A stretch of 63,467 nucleotides of DNA, filler included, from Choristocarpus tenellus KU-1152 (lineage: Eukaryota; Protista; Phaeophyceae): NCBI GenBank assembly GCA_964200185.2. It is 14 parts of 14 records of this genome, joined end to end, with 100 filler letters (N's around TTAATTAATTAA, not from the genome) between each part and the next. Parts side by side here need not be neighbours in the genome. Positions count along the whole stretch, not along the records: positions 7,032 to 11,286 come from CAXNAD020015458.1; positions 11,387 to 17,355 come from CAXNAD020009291.1; positions 17,456 to 20,555 come from CAXNAD020022329.1; positions 20,656 to 26,164 come from CAXNAD020010571.1; 10 more parts are not named here. One strand, given 5' to 3'. Position numbers and translations under genes: made by a program. This document shows, one piece after another, positions 10,868 to 23,869 of this stretch (its first letter is position 1; every line of letters begins with the position of its first letter). Below the pieces are notes generated by a model. It did not search any database. It was not told the origin of the DNA and was given only the letters and a program-made list of their open reading frames with translations.

Positions 10868-13234
10868 CTGGCACATTCAAGAAAGGGGCAGGGAAACGTG
10901 AGGGGTGGGGGGGAGGGGGAGAAACAAAAGGGAGCATAGGAGGGGGGGTTGTGGCAAAATAAAAAAGGGGGGGGGGGAGGGGGGGGGGGGGGGGGGGGGG
11001 GGGAGAAACAAAAGGGAGCATAGGAGTGGTAAGTGTATTTTGGGGGTTGACACTGTTGATAGGAGGTTTTAAAGGGACAGGGGAGGGAGGAGGCAGGAAC
11101 GACGTCAGTGAAGGAAAAGGTACTTTATGTTGAACTATCTGTGCCCAATCTCCAAATAGCAACATATTCAACACCTCAACTATCTATAATAATATCCACT
11201 TGGGTCAAAGTATCTTGGGGGGGGGGGAGAAACAAAAGGGAGCATAGGAGTGGTAAGTGTATTTTGGGGGTTGACACTGTTGATAGNNNNNNNNNNNNNN
11301 NNNNNNNNNNNNNNNNNNNNNNNNNNNNNNTTAATTAATTAANNNNNNNNNNNNNNNNNNNNNNNNNNNNNNNNNNNNNNNNNNNNCCCCCCCCGCATAC
11401 ATAACGATCTCATTTTCACACAGCTCTAAAATAGGGTCAAAATCGTGACATCAAGATTGAACTCACACTAAATATTTATATTATGGAAGGAACCTGTATG
11501 TAGGTGTACAACCATAACTCCTCCAAGTTTTTCTCAAATCGAATAAAATACGTATGAGGTGAAAGCTGAATAATTGGAAATTGAATTTTGCGAAGTACCA
11601 CAGGTTACGAAACTATACAGACAGGTGTTTGGAGATTGTTGGAATGGGGTGGAAATTACACATTGCTTTGAAAAAGAAGTTATACTTAGCTTTTTACATG
11701 AGAAAGTATATACTGGCAAGAGCATATGTTAAGACACTTGTATGGGTATAGGTGGTGCTGTTGGGCACAATACAACACTCGAGAAATGCAGCATTTACTG
11801 TTGGTGCAGGGGTTAGGTGTTTGAAGTATTTGGGGGTACAGGGCATGAAAAGCAAAGAGAGCACCGGCATTTGGTGCATTATGGTAGACACAAAATAATA
11901 TGCATTCCTGCATGTTGCTGAGTGGGGCTGGCATTCCAGGGGTTGTTGATGGATGCCTGGGTCACTAAAGAAGTAAAGCATTGAAGTGTCTTGTACTCAA
12001 GCAGGCTCAATATTTCTTCAATCCTCTACACAGGCTTCCATTCTCCATCCACTTCTTTGTTCACATCCTCCTCAATCTCTTAACATACAAAAGAGTCCTC
12101 AGTCCCACGGGGACCAATGATGTTCTGCATGAGCTTGCTCTTTCCATCCTCCACAGTCATCCTCGGCTTCAACATATTCATATGGGCACATTTTGCAGCT
12201 TCACCCAAGGCTAGCATGTTGGTCGTTGTCTTCCTCCCCTTCATGCATTCAGCCCCTTGCCCACGGCCTTCCTGAGCATTTGGATCCCAACTATCCAGTC
12301 TGTCGCAAAGTCCTCAGAACCCCAATTGCAACACCCCTGCATAGGATCACTTCCATCTCATGAACGGCTTCAAACTGTGTTAGTCTGAGACTGTGAGACA
12401 CCCCACGTAGTTTCCAGCTACCACATGGAAGAATCCGTTGTTTCCTTGGATATCATTAGGTCGAGATTATTCCCAACCTGATAAGTCAATCCCAAAACTG
12501 ACCTCTGAACTTCCATGCATCACTGTGCAACCCCAGACCCCCCTGAAGACAAAATATACCCAACAAGTGTGAGGATTTTGACCTTTCCAATGCACCATCA
12601 TCATTGAAATACTGTGAAGGTGGGCGTTTCCTTCATCACAATCCACACTGCCCCAAAGTCCTCACAACTCCAATTGTGATAACTGCATGTGTGATGGATC
12701 ACAAGTATCTCATGAACAACTTAGAATTGTGGAAAACCCCCATGTATCCCACATTTTGAGGCTCCCAGCGACCACATGGCAGAATCTGTTGCTTCAGTGG
12801 ACGCCATTAGCTCGAGATTATAGGACGCTTGATTCGAAAACCCTAAACTATACAGCCCAACTTCTAAGCACCATGGGCGCAACCAGTAGGATGCCCTTGC
12901 CAACGAGAAGTATACCTGTGGAATGCCAGGATACTGATCTTTTCCATGCTTTACTACGTGTTGATAGGTTGTGAGGGCTTCAGTAGTGATGCAGTAAAGA
13001 GTTACATTTTTAAAATATATATTTTTCTATTCTTTTCATAATGAAACAATCGACCAAGAAACCAAGCTTTCCTGCCTACCTATTATTCCTTGCGTAGTAG
13101 TACTTCATTTGACACAATGGCACTCATTGCTTTGTAGCATGAATCAGTGAACTCACACTGTCCACCCCATACACAGACAAGCATGGAGACATGGGCCAAA
13201 AACTTCAACGTGCTACAAACAAAAATGCCCTCAC

Positions 13235-16200
13235 CATGATATGCTCTACTGCATTCAGAGCACTGCAGGGTGTGAGCATGAAGCCGATCCAGCATCACAT
13301 CTCTTTCCAGTACTGGGCCTAGGGATGGGTCCGTTCCCTTTGCCACGCAACACAGCCAAAAAAACCCGGTGAGGTTAGTACAAACTCGGTGCAATAAATT
13401 CAACATCATCACTCAAACTCTGGTCAACAACACCCAGAATTAAACGATGCAGGACAGTCTTCTTCTTCTCACAGACTTGGTATTGGCATTTGGTCGAGGT
13501 TCACTAGCCAGGGTGTGTCTACATATAATATGCTTCATATTCCACAAGTGCACATGGTGCGTTTGGTTCAAGTATTATGTACCAGATTATTTGAAGGCAC
13601 AGAATTGTGCACATTGTGATAAACAACAAATGAAAACTAAAAGTGCAACAAAAACGGTTTCAACACCACATCCCTCAGACTAACAGCGGCAGGTTAAGCC
13701 ACACCACCTACAGCTCACCTTGACCCAGTCAGGCCCGCCTCCAGCTCTTGCCTTAAGCCACCTGGCAACAAACCATACATACCATAGTGAGTATAAGATA
13801 ATATCAAAGCTCGGAGCTGACACACACCTTACCACCAATAAGAATAGTCCAGTACACAGCGACCGTGCAGCCTAGTTAGTGAGGTAACGCCATTATACTA
13901 CGTAAGCAACAGAGTACTGAAAGTACAAAAATTGAAGGGAAAACTTGGTGCTGCTATTCAACTTGGAATATTAACAATGCATTTCAACACTTTATTGTCA
14001 CCAAGACGTGACGTAAAATGGGGAGAGGATAGAGATGCAACCATCTGCTGTTACATGAAAGCAGACACAAACTCTTAGGGAGCTCGCCAAGTGTCACTTG
14101 CTTTCGAAATTCCCGTACAGATGTGTCCGCATCTGTTGGCATGTAGAAGGTTCTATCCAAGTCACCCCCCTGCGTGGTAGCCTTTTCCCTTGCATAGAGA
14201 TCCCGCTCCTTTGACATGAGATCACATTAATGTTGCAAATCATGGCAAAAAACACGGGGAGAAGCAGCAACAAATGACAGATGGGGTACCAGATGACCTT
14301 CAAGAATATCAACAAGATTCATTGGGGTCTGGCATCTAGGGATGCACAGAGATTCTTTTCCTCCTTTCTGGCTTTCAGGTTGTCACTATACTCTTGGGCA
14401 ACAACCTGTTCAATCTCGCTGATGAAAAATATCTAACTCTTCAATTTGTTACCATTAGAAGCAAGATGATGAGGGCACCCCTACAGTACTTGGAAACAGA
14501 AGACTCAAAGGACTTCACGCACAAGCACCACATACAGGAAAAAACAGGTTCTGGCACACAGGGTGAGATATTGAAGGGTACCCCAGCCTCGCTGGCATGC
14601 TGTGAAGGATTTTGGGCGGTCATTAATGGCACTCATGTCTTGAGATTGAGATGCTAAATATTGAAACAGGGACAATGTGGGCTGCCTTGCTGAATCTCAA
14701 TCTTTTAGATATGTAGTTGGTGTATCCTTACTCCAGAATGTCTGATATGGGCTACTGTAAATACAGTAGGTTCCTAGTGCTCCTACCCCCAAAAAGGGTT
14801 TTATCCCCTTCAACCTTCTGCAAGTGTTGGGAAGGATTTAGCTCCGGTCTTGAACAAGGCATCAATGACATTTACTGGGTCCAGCCTGGCTTCACATCTC
14901 CAATTCAACCCAAGGGAGAAAAACAGAGAATCAGATGAACAAGGAAGTACAGTGCTAAGGACACCAAAGTAAGAACTTGAAGAGTACTTTAGAGTTCTAG
15001 TAGTTGCTTCAACAGTGAAATTACATGCTCACCAAATCATAAATAACTTTCTGGGAGCTACATGTTAACAAACACCTGATAGTGCAGTACTGGTGTGTCC
15101 CCGTCTAAAACCAGGTGCTGGCGAAGATGAGCCTTCGCCACCAGGTTCCTCCCAAAAGAAGGGAGAATTGGTTGGTTGAAGAAAAAGTTGCGAGCAGTCC
15201 TGTGCAAAAGTTGCATCACCAATATTGAAGTGTATTCAGCAGTCATGGGGTAAAGTGTCAAAGGGCTGTGACATGGAATTATTCACATGAGGGGTAGCAT
15301 TGTCAATGGCATTCGTTTGACCTGATCATTTGAATATTGTGTAAATCTCCACCACTCCTCATATTCAGTCTTGACCCAAACAGGAGAATGGAGATGCTGA
15401 GCACAAATAAATCATGTATAAATCATGCAGACAACACTTCCAGGACTGCCACGGCACAAGAGCTCCTCCATCACTATGCAAGGAGAGGACACATTTCACA
15501 GGAACTGCTACAAAGGAAACAATGTCTGATTGTATCACCATAGCATCTGCACCAAACCAAGAATATCATTTCACTGTGACTAGACCTCTGAATCAACTGC
15601 AAGATGAAAAAAAAGAAGGATATTCAGCACCAGCATATAAAAAAATTGCTACAAACACGGCTAAGAAGTGGTGTGGACTACCAACACATTTATTTCCAAG
15701 ACTTGAGGCGGGACCAATAACATACAAACTTGAGAGGATCGATGAGGACAAGAGAATATCAACCTTCAGTGACACAGGTCAGCGTAGAGGGGGCTGGGGT
15801 ATGATGGGAATGTTTCAAACTTTACCTGGTGAATATTCTGCTCTTCCCAGGAGAAGTGGGTACACTGTAACCAACAAAAAAGATTAAGAGCTGATCTGAA
15901 GGACCCCTATCCTCCGCCTGAACAACAAATGAGTACTGATCCGAGTAAGAACCAGGATGAATGCGCAACTATTTGTTGGCATTGGAAGTTTGGGTACACT
16001 TGAGATTGCCAAGTAACTGAAACTGAGTTTCATGTTGCTACTACTGCCATGAATAACTACAGCAAAACACATCCGAGTACCTTTCCCAGTTACTCGGTGG
16101 TAGTCCTGGATGTCCAAATATACATTCAACGCACAAAAATGTAGATTCTCGTTCACATGAACCGAGCTCAAAACTCAGGCTTTCCAGCCTCAGTCAGGAC

Positions 16201-17335
16201 TACAGTGGTAGAGCAGCATTTGCTGGAGACACTTATACCCCAGCCAACATATTGCCAATTTGTGATGGGATGTAGGGTCTGCTTATTAGCAACTACGAAG
16301 TTGCTATGAGTGTATGGTTTGGTATGTGAGGAATTTGAACCCCAATTGTATAAGCTGGTGATAAAATAAGGGACCTCAACTTATAACAAAAATGACTCCA
16401 TATCCAGATTTACCTGCTATTTTGCACACGATCAATGTGACTACAAGCAAGAATCAAAAAGAAAGACCCTTCATCACCTCTCAGTCTTTCATGTAATAGT
16501 TGATTCCTGATGGCAACTTCACGCTACTGTTATGCTGCACAATTACAAACGTCTGGTGACTTAAAAGGCAAAAAATAGCTGTGAGAAAAATCAGCATGGT
16601 AATAACGCCAACCCTAGGTAGCCTGTCTCGGAAGGAAACAGCTTTACGACAAACTTGGTAGTTAAACCTGCAGCAACAGAGATGGAAAATCATAACTCAG
16701 CTGGCAAAAGTAATGAACCCTTCAACAACTGTAAGCTATCAAAATGGTAATAATAAAAACCTGAAATCAATAGCTTCCTAGCCCAATCACAAGTGTGATC
16801 ACGAACCTGCAATGATGTTACATGAAGAGCAGGGAAGCTGAGCCCAAGCACAGCAATGTTCACTCACCTCAAAACAACTACTCAGTACTCAGTACTGTTT
16901 CACACGAAGTCTACCTCAATTGCGCACCACAGCTTCAACTATAGGAACCCATTAAATGACAGTTCCAACACATATTTGTACTTTTAAAGGCGCACACTTA
17001 TTATCCAAGCATACAAAAAATAAAATCCAACTGACACAGGGCGGAGGGAAGGAATCACAAGTTCCACTGCGCGTCATATACATGTGAGTACTCCAAAGGC
17101 GATGAGAGCCATGAAGGAGGTAAGTCAGGGTTACACTTCTAATTACTGTCTCATGGTAGGACTCTCCATGAGCTCTCTCATTAGGGAGAACTCAGTAGAA
17201 ACCTTGCTGTTGAGAGTAGACAAAAACGTTCCCCTCATTTCTCACCTTCTTCTTCATTCTTTTGTCTGTCTTGAGTAGTATCTTCCCAATGAGCTTAAAA
17301 GGTTGTGGCAGGCCATCCACAAGAGGACCTATGAT
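13235..17335 (-). CDS. Pheophorbide a oxygenase / Tic55 / PTC52-family Rieske oxygenase, C-terminal half (5' part beyond contig end)
   Basis: Exons 17335-17246, 15917-15826, 15199-15076, 14208-14102, 13761-13719 and 13337-13235 join in phase: ...LLIFFVGYSVPTSPGKSRIFTR|TARNFF...AHLRQHLVLDGDTPVLHYQ|ERDL...FYMPTDADTSVREFRK|WLKARAGGGPDW|...LERDVMLDRLHAHTLQCSECSRAYH. These match the PaO domain (P.SPG.SR, ilD.D..lLH.qE, mPt.aD..V..FR.WL) and the C-terminal DR..H...CxxC motif. A possible last exon lies near 12916-12850. Confidence 0.88.
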
Positions 17336-17699
17336 CTACAGGATTCAATGGGGGGNNNNNNNNNNNNNNNNNNNNNNNNNNNNNNNNNNNNNNNNNNNNT
17401 TAATTAATTAANNNNNNNNNNNNNNNNNNNNNNNNNNNNNNNNNNNNNNNNNNNNAAAAAAAGGTTAAAAACGCGACCGCGTCACCCCCCCCCCCCCCCC
17501 CCAGATACTAATATCATTACCTCCCAAGGTAATTTGCACAGCAACAACCTCCATGTGGTCCCTATCGAGCAACAGTAGATACCCCAACTCCATGTCACCA
17601 CACCTCCTGAGAATCAGCAGGAGCAGGAGCAGAAACAGCAAGTATCAAGGCCTATTCCTCCTGCTCCACGGCAACTCACCACCATTTCACTGGGAATGA

Positions 17700-18500
17700 A
17701 TTGCCATAATATCTGTATGCACAAGCTATGTACCTGCGCGTGGCAATGGTATTGGGAGTGGTGCTGCACTCTGCAGCATTCTCAGAGAGTGTGGTGTACA
17801 TTGGGACACCGCAGTTGGTGGCTGCCATTTTGCCCGAAACCAGGAGGAGGGGACACTTCGTCTCGACCAGCACCTGTGTGCCCAGGCTATTTCAGACCGT
17901 TTCAATGTGGGCAAAACAAACTTGATCCCTGCAGATGCTGGAGTAGTGGCTCTATCAACAAAGGACAGGCAGTAGAAGCCTGAGGTGGAGAAGAAGATGC
18001 GGGGGGTTCCATACAGGGAGGTAGTGGGGGCTCTCAGGTGGGCATTGACCATGATGTGCCCAGAAGTCGCATCTAGTTCTCACGCACACAAATTTCTGTG
18101 ATTATTCAGGGGGGGCTTACTAGAAGGCTGTAGTAACAATACTGCAATACCTGCTGTGGACTAAGGGCCTGGAGATCACATATATTGGACTTGAAATCAT
18201 TTGAACAACACATTATTGCACTGATGAATGTTGAATACAGAATAGTAATTTGGTTTTCTGAATAAAAGCAGGATGAATGGATATCTGAGTTGGATGTAAT
18301 TAGAATCAATGGGGGAGATTTGAGTGAAGACAACTAAGAGGTAGGCTGGGTTGCATTTTAAGGATCCTGAGAAAGAGCAAAAAGATAACGTTTTGTACAA
18401 TTGCAGAAAGAGTCTTTGCTGAATGGTGGTGTCACTTTGTGTGTGCGTGAAGGGGGGATTATCAAAATTACGGACACTATTGTGCACATAAAGCAATGAA
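17700..18500 (+). pseudogene. Highly decayed Ty1/copia RT-RNase H remnant
   Basis: About 17995-18085 reads KMRGVPYREVVGALRWALTMMCPEVA (cf. copia PYReavGsL.w....RPDia). Many stops. Segment 18360-18510 is similar to 26830-26980. Confidence 0.65.
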
Positions 18501-19417
18501 ATAGAGTGTATTGGACAGGGATAGAAAGCTGCCTCAGAATGAAAAAGGGTTCAAACCTGTCTACCTCTCAATTGATTTGGCTCATTTGTTGAACCAAGGA
18601 TCAGAATTCATGTTTGGGAATTGTTAGTTTGTTATTTGGAGCATGGAAAAATAATAAGAGGATTCCGAGAGTAAGGCCTTGTAGAGCAAGTGGGTGTCTT
18701 TGTGTTGAGAGGTACTCTACAGACTTATTAGGGCGTATATTGTAGTACATTACACGTGGTAGAATAAAACAAGGTTTGAGAATATACCAGTGCATTCGAG
18801 ACAAAAAAGGAACATTTTAAAACCTCTGTAGAATGTTACTGCCTCTAGATTTCAAAGCTTAGGTTAATGATATAGGATTTGGGCATGCTTCTAGACGTCT
18901 GTTATATAGGGTATAGGGTTGTTTTAGATGTCTACATCTGGACAAGAGGAAGTCCCATGTACTCAGTTCCAATCTCAACCTGGCTTGGAATTCCAATTGA
19001 AGGAACTGGTGTGAGTGTGGTTTAGCAACAAGTGCTAAATGGATGAATAATAATTGAAGAAGACATGAACACCTGTAACTTCTGGGGCATGCCTGAGACT
19101 CAACAGTCAGGAAAGGAAACTGTGCCAACGAACAACAGGCTATTTGAACAGCATGCCTACCTACTTTACCCCCCTGTTGCAGAATAGACTGAGGTTTTGG
19201 TCATCATGTTTCCAAGAATCGCAAAGTGGCGGTTGAGGGATCCCTTTACTCTCCACCATGCTACTCCAAGGGGTGGTTGGAGGGTGCATCCCTTAATTGC
19301 ATCCAGTGTCACACACGGCGTAGACGAGTACTTCTCTGGGATAATTGAGTTGGTTTGCACATCCTACCTATGGAAACCCACGTTTGTTGGCAGTTAGGTA
19401 CCGTTTCCCCTTCAGTT

Positions 19418-19675
19418 GAGTCAACGTATCTTCGAGGGTAGAGCCGTGTCCGTTTGGGGGGCAAATTCCAATGTTGCGATTTTGATGCAATTTTGGCTAT
19501 CGTGTTTTTTAGGAAGTGTCAACATCCTTGTTCTAGGCACACCTTTTCATAACATATACATTTTACCTACTCCAAAACATTTTGGAGAAGGAAGATGTCA
19601 TAAAAAACCCATGAGAAGCCAAGCCCCAAATGGACAAGCAGGGCAAAACTCGTACCCTCGAAGATACTTTCACTC
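19418..19675 (+). mobile_element. MITE, type A copy (~258 bp)
   Basis: TIR GAGTCAACGTATCTTCGAGGGTA ... TACCCTCGAAGATACTTTCACTC; homologous to the copies at 5183, 27332 and 55555. Confidence 0.9.
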
Positions 19676-20655
19676 TAGCTTTCAACAGAACTTCACTCAT
19701 CTCCAGAATTACAAGCACTCGAGACGAACTTATTGTGACAATACTGTCAAGCAACAATCTTGTAAAAGACTCTTGTGCTCTCACTATCAACGACCACAAT
19801 GAGCTACTGCCGACATTCTATCGCCTGGATGGGGTACTGCAGGGCACAATACTGCCAGTGGTAACAGGGGGGGGCTGCTTGACGGGGGAAACAGAGGGGA
19901 AGCTCCACCAGGTAGTACCTACCGTGCTCCATCAACCCCAGAAGGAAAGGAAAAGTGAGGGAGTGTGTTCCTGGGTGAACCCGTGAGAACTGTGCTACAG
20001 AAAGTAGAGAAGGAGAATATCCGCCGTTAAGCAGATACATTGATGAAGTAGCACCAGGATGGAAGACAGGAGGGGGCTTTGAGGTCTGTGTCTGAGAGAA
20101 GAGAGGAGAAATTCCACTGGATAGCAGCCACAGTGCTCGAGCGGGATCAGGAGGAATGGGACAGTGGGACGGACTGTGCCTGAGTAGAAGTGGTGGGTGG
20201 TTGCCAAGGGGGTGTCTGTGTGTGTCTTTACGTGTCTGTGTGTGGCTATGTGAAATTTGATGATATTTGATCTAAGTGCGCATGTGTGACTGTGGGGTAT
20301 GTACGGCTTCACCTCTGTAGTGACAGCAAGAATTCCAAGCAAGTAATGAAGGCATCACAGACCTGGGCCCTGTCAGATACTACAAAAAGTGAATGACATT
20401 CTTCGCCAACTATCGTTTCTGTAACAAACAGTGGATTTTAAAAATTGAGGATGGAGCGGGGCTATGAGGATGGTTGTTCTGCGAAAACGGTCTTGAAAAA
20501 GTACCCTGAGGTTTTTTGTTGCAACTGTTTTTGCACTTGGAAGGGCCCGGGATATNNNNNNNNNNNNNNNNNNNNNNNNNNNNNNNNNNNNNNNNNNNNT
20601 TAATTAATTAANNNNNNNNNNNNNNNNNNNNNNNNNNNNNNNNNNNNNNNNNNNN

Positions 20656-23600
20656 CTGGGCCTCCCCAGTCATATCCACCCCCCTCCAAGACCCATGCCC
20701 CAGGGCACTGGAGCTTGTTGCAGTTCACAGAGCGGTATGACACCTCCCCCCCAGAGGCAATATTGCACGCCTCAAGGAACGACAAAACATTTGTTGGAGC
20801 CACTACTGTCAGCAGGGCTTGTTGCTTAGGAGTCCCCTTTGGTCCTTGTACTGGTCCCCGTTGCCTTGCTTGATGTTGATGCCCACGGTGATGCTCCACC
20901 AGGAGCCGAAACAAACCAGTATGGTGATCAGCATGTTTGTGGGATATCCATATGCAGTCCAGGGCATGAACCTCTTCTTTGGCGCCTTCCTGGCCAAACT
21001 GTCTCTCCAGGTGTCCAAGGGTGCCCTCCCCAGCATCTAAGAGCAATCGCAATGGTGGCCCAGGGGGAACACCAGGCCACCGAGGTAAGCGAAGAAGTAT
21101 GCCACTGCAGCCACGATTTTTTGATGGGGCTGCAGAACCTGTCCCAAGGAAATAAAGCTGAGCTCCACTCAGGCCAGCCCCGAAGGAAAAAGGAGCTCGT
21201 TGCAGAGGTAACAATGGAAGTGGCAGTGGGGGAGATGGCGGTGGAGGAGGTGGGGGGGGGCAGGGCTCGTCAGTAGAAGGCAAAGTTTGCCCAGAAGTGT
21301 TACCCGTTGTAGGCCTTGATGCTCCTGTGGCATCACGTTTTCTTGATAGCAGCTGGACCATCTCGACACAAGCTGTGTCTGGTGTCTTTCCATTGTTGCA
21401 GACTACTTGATGCTCCTTCCTTCCAAGAGCTATGGTAGCACCAAGCTCCACTGCTAGTCTATCTCTTTCAGAGGTCAGGCCAGCCTCCTCCAGCCTCTTC
21501 TCCATGTCTTCCCTGATCTCAGTTACATCAACTCGTGGCCTCACCTCAGAGGAATCCACACCTTGAAGATGTGGTGGCAACAGCACTGCCTTCAACAATG
21601 CCTGCCCATGCAATCGCTTCCCTTGATTTCTCTCAACTCTAGTGCTCATCCCCCCTTCTCCACGGCCAGTAGCACTGCAACCTTGATCACTCTTCACAGG
21701 TTCAGGCACCCTTGGGAGGTCAACGCCTTCAAGCGGTGCAGTCCGAAGCGCAAAATGCAACGGAAACGCCTCTTGGGACACAGTGTTGAGCTGCACAGAT
21801 CTCTCTGCTATCTTGTAGTGCTGCAGACCTCCAGGGCCACCATAGTTCTTGTCAGATGCCACAATGATGTGCTCACCCTTAAGCTTGAGCAGTGGGGTGT
21901 AAAGTGGGTGCCGTACAACGACAGCTGGAGATAGGTGGAACACAAACAGTGTTCTGGGCAGGGCAGTCGTGGGCAATATCATGCATTAGTTAGAGAAGAG
22001 GTAAAGAGAGAGAGAGAGAGAGAGTGAATTGTGAGGCATTAAAAGCCCTTGAATCAAGCAAGGTCCCATAAATTCACTGGCATACGCTTACAGCACGTCA
22101 GACAACAGACACGGCAGGCAAGCAACCAATCTCACTGCTTACCTGCTTGAGTCTACTCCTACCCTGGTCAACGAATGGTCCTTGACAGCCTTGATATAAC
22201 TAACGTTGGGGCAACATAGCACCAGGAAAGATGCACCTGCACCATGCTTCACTTGGCAGCGATAAAGCACAACTGGCCCACGATAGGGCACCCCAACATT
22301 TATTTCACCATCTCCTTTGTTACTGTTCAGGTCCACAGCATCAGCCATTGGCTGAGAGGCCTCGAATTGTGCTGAAGGACGGACAGTGCGGTCACTTGCT
22401 TCCACCCTTTCATTTGGGATTGTGGCTTGAACAGATACCTGGCAAGGGTGCAGGTCTTGAGAACTATTTTTCAGATCTGTAACCCTTTTTGTCACTTCGT
22501 CTTCTTCACTCACAGTAAGGTCAATCTCTCGTGGTGATGGTGCCACCTTTTGAGATGACGCATCTTGGAGAGGCAGGCCTCCTCTTACCCTGAATGGAGT
22601 TACCCCCATTGATTCAGAGCTGACAACGACTCCATCCTCTGTAGAACCCTTGAAGCGCTTTTCAGCATGGTCGTCCTCAGTGGTCCCCACTCCATGTCCT
22701 ACCCCGGCACATACTTTACCAGTCTGGTCTTCACAAGGACTGTCACTTTCTTCGTTGCTGCTGATCTCATCGTCGCTGGAGCTAGTCCCATCATTGTCAC
22801 TGGAGCTGCTGCTGCTACCATTGTTGCTGGAGCTGCTACTACCACAACAGTCTACAGTATTTGAGGCCATTGCTCTACCCAAATCGACCATCAGCCTTGC
22901 TGGGTCAACAACCCCACAGTGTACATGCATGTGTTCATCTCCAAGAGCAAAACTGCACTGGGCCTCTCCTGGAGAGGTGCACAGAAAAGTTGAGATGAGA
23001 CTTGTTAGGCCATGCAATGCCTCAGTGGCGGGGGACAAGAATAGATCTGGAAGAGAGTGTAGTCAGGGGAAAAGATAAGGTAAGTCTCACCTTCGTCCAA
23101 TGCCAGGGGCTTCGCCGTAACCTCGGAGTATGTCCCAAGCGTGAACGACCGCATGCCTTTCTGGGGAAAGGGATTTGAGGGAAAGGAGTAAAGATTAAGG
23201 CTTGAGCTGATGACCAATGTGAATCTTTAGTAGAGGTGACAAAAAATGTGTTACCTACGCTGCAAGTAGACTATAAGCTGCACATATTTTTACCTGTGCG
23301 CACGATTTGTTTGTCAGCGGAAGGACAAAAGCATCACTCTACAAGCTAGACCTTACACAAAGCTTTTCAACGCCCTCTGGTCCAAATATCTCCAGCATTG
23401 GCACCCCCAGGTGGGATAAGGACAGCACCACTCCTGGCAAGCCAGCGTGCTCCTCAGCACCGGTGCCTGTCATGAAGATCTTGTTAACTTTGGCCAGCTT
23501 GATGTGATGTTCTCCACAAAAGCGCTGAGTAAATGGGTTGCGCGTGTGAGCAGTAAGTCAAGCTTCAAGACTAAGGGTATCTAATTCCAACAGAAGAACA

Positions 23601-23869
23601 CGGTGCCCGAGTGGCATGACCGCACAACTTCGTCCTCGGCCAAGTATTCCACTCAATCTCACCTGAGTACCCTCTCCCACATTGAACAAATAACGTCGGA
23701 GAATGGTATTCTCGCTTCCCACGCCCCCTCCATACCGTGGGGTCCGTTCCACCGAGGCGATCAGGCAAGGCGAACTCCCATCTTCACCCGTTCCTATCAC
23801 CTGTTTTATATTGCCACACCACATGCCACTTGAGGATGCACTGATTTCTTTCTTGACCCAGTGAGGCAT
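20656..23869 (-). CDS. Long-form tRNase Z (ELAC2/Trz1 family metallo-beta-lactamase), 3' end cut by contig end
   Basis: Exons 23869-23663, 23524-23357, 23160-23091, ~22968-22143 and 21953-20656. N-domain pseudo-motifs RYLFNVGEGTQ|RFCGEHHIKLAKVNKIFMT and GLPGVVLSL. C-domain FLGTGSAAPSKNRG, LLDAGEGTLGHL and WISHKHADHHTGL (HxHxDH). Confidence 0.92.

Noticed and set aside
10300-11174. Poly-Gly and poly-Pro ORFs in the ORF track
   Set aside because: They come from long C/G homopolymers and an internal N gap, likely low-quality sequence; only exon 10709-10867 looks real.
19416-19802. Similar short ORFs at 5299, 19416 and 27327 as a small protein family
   Set aside because: They are translations of non-coding MITE copies.
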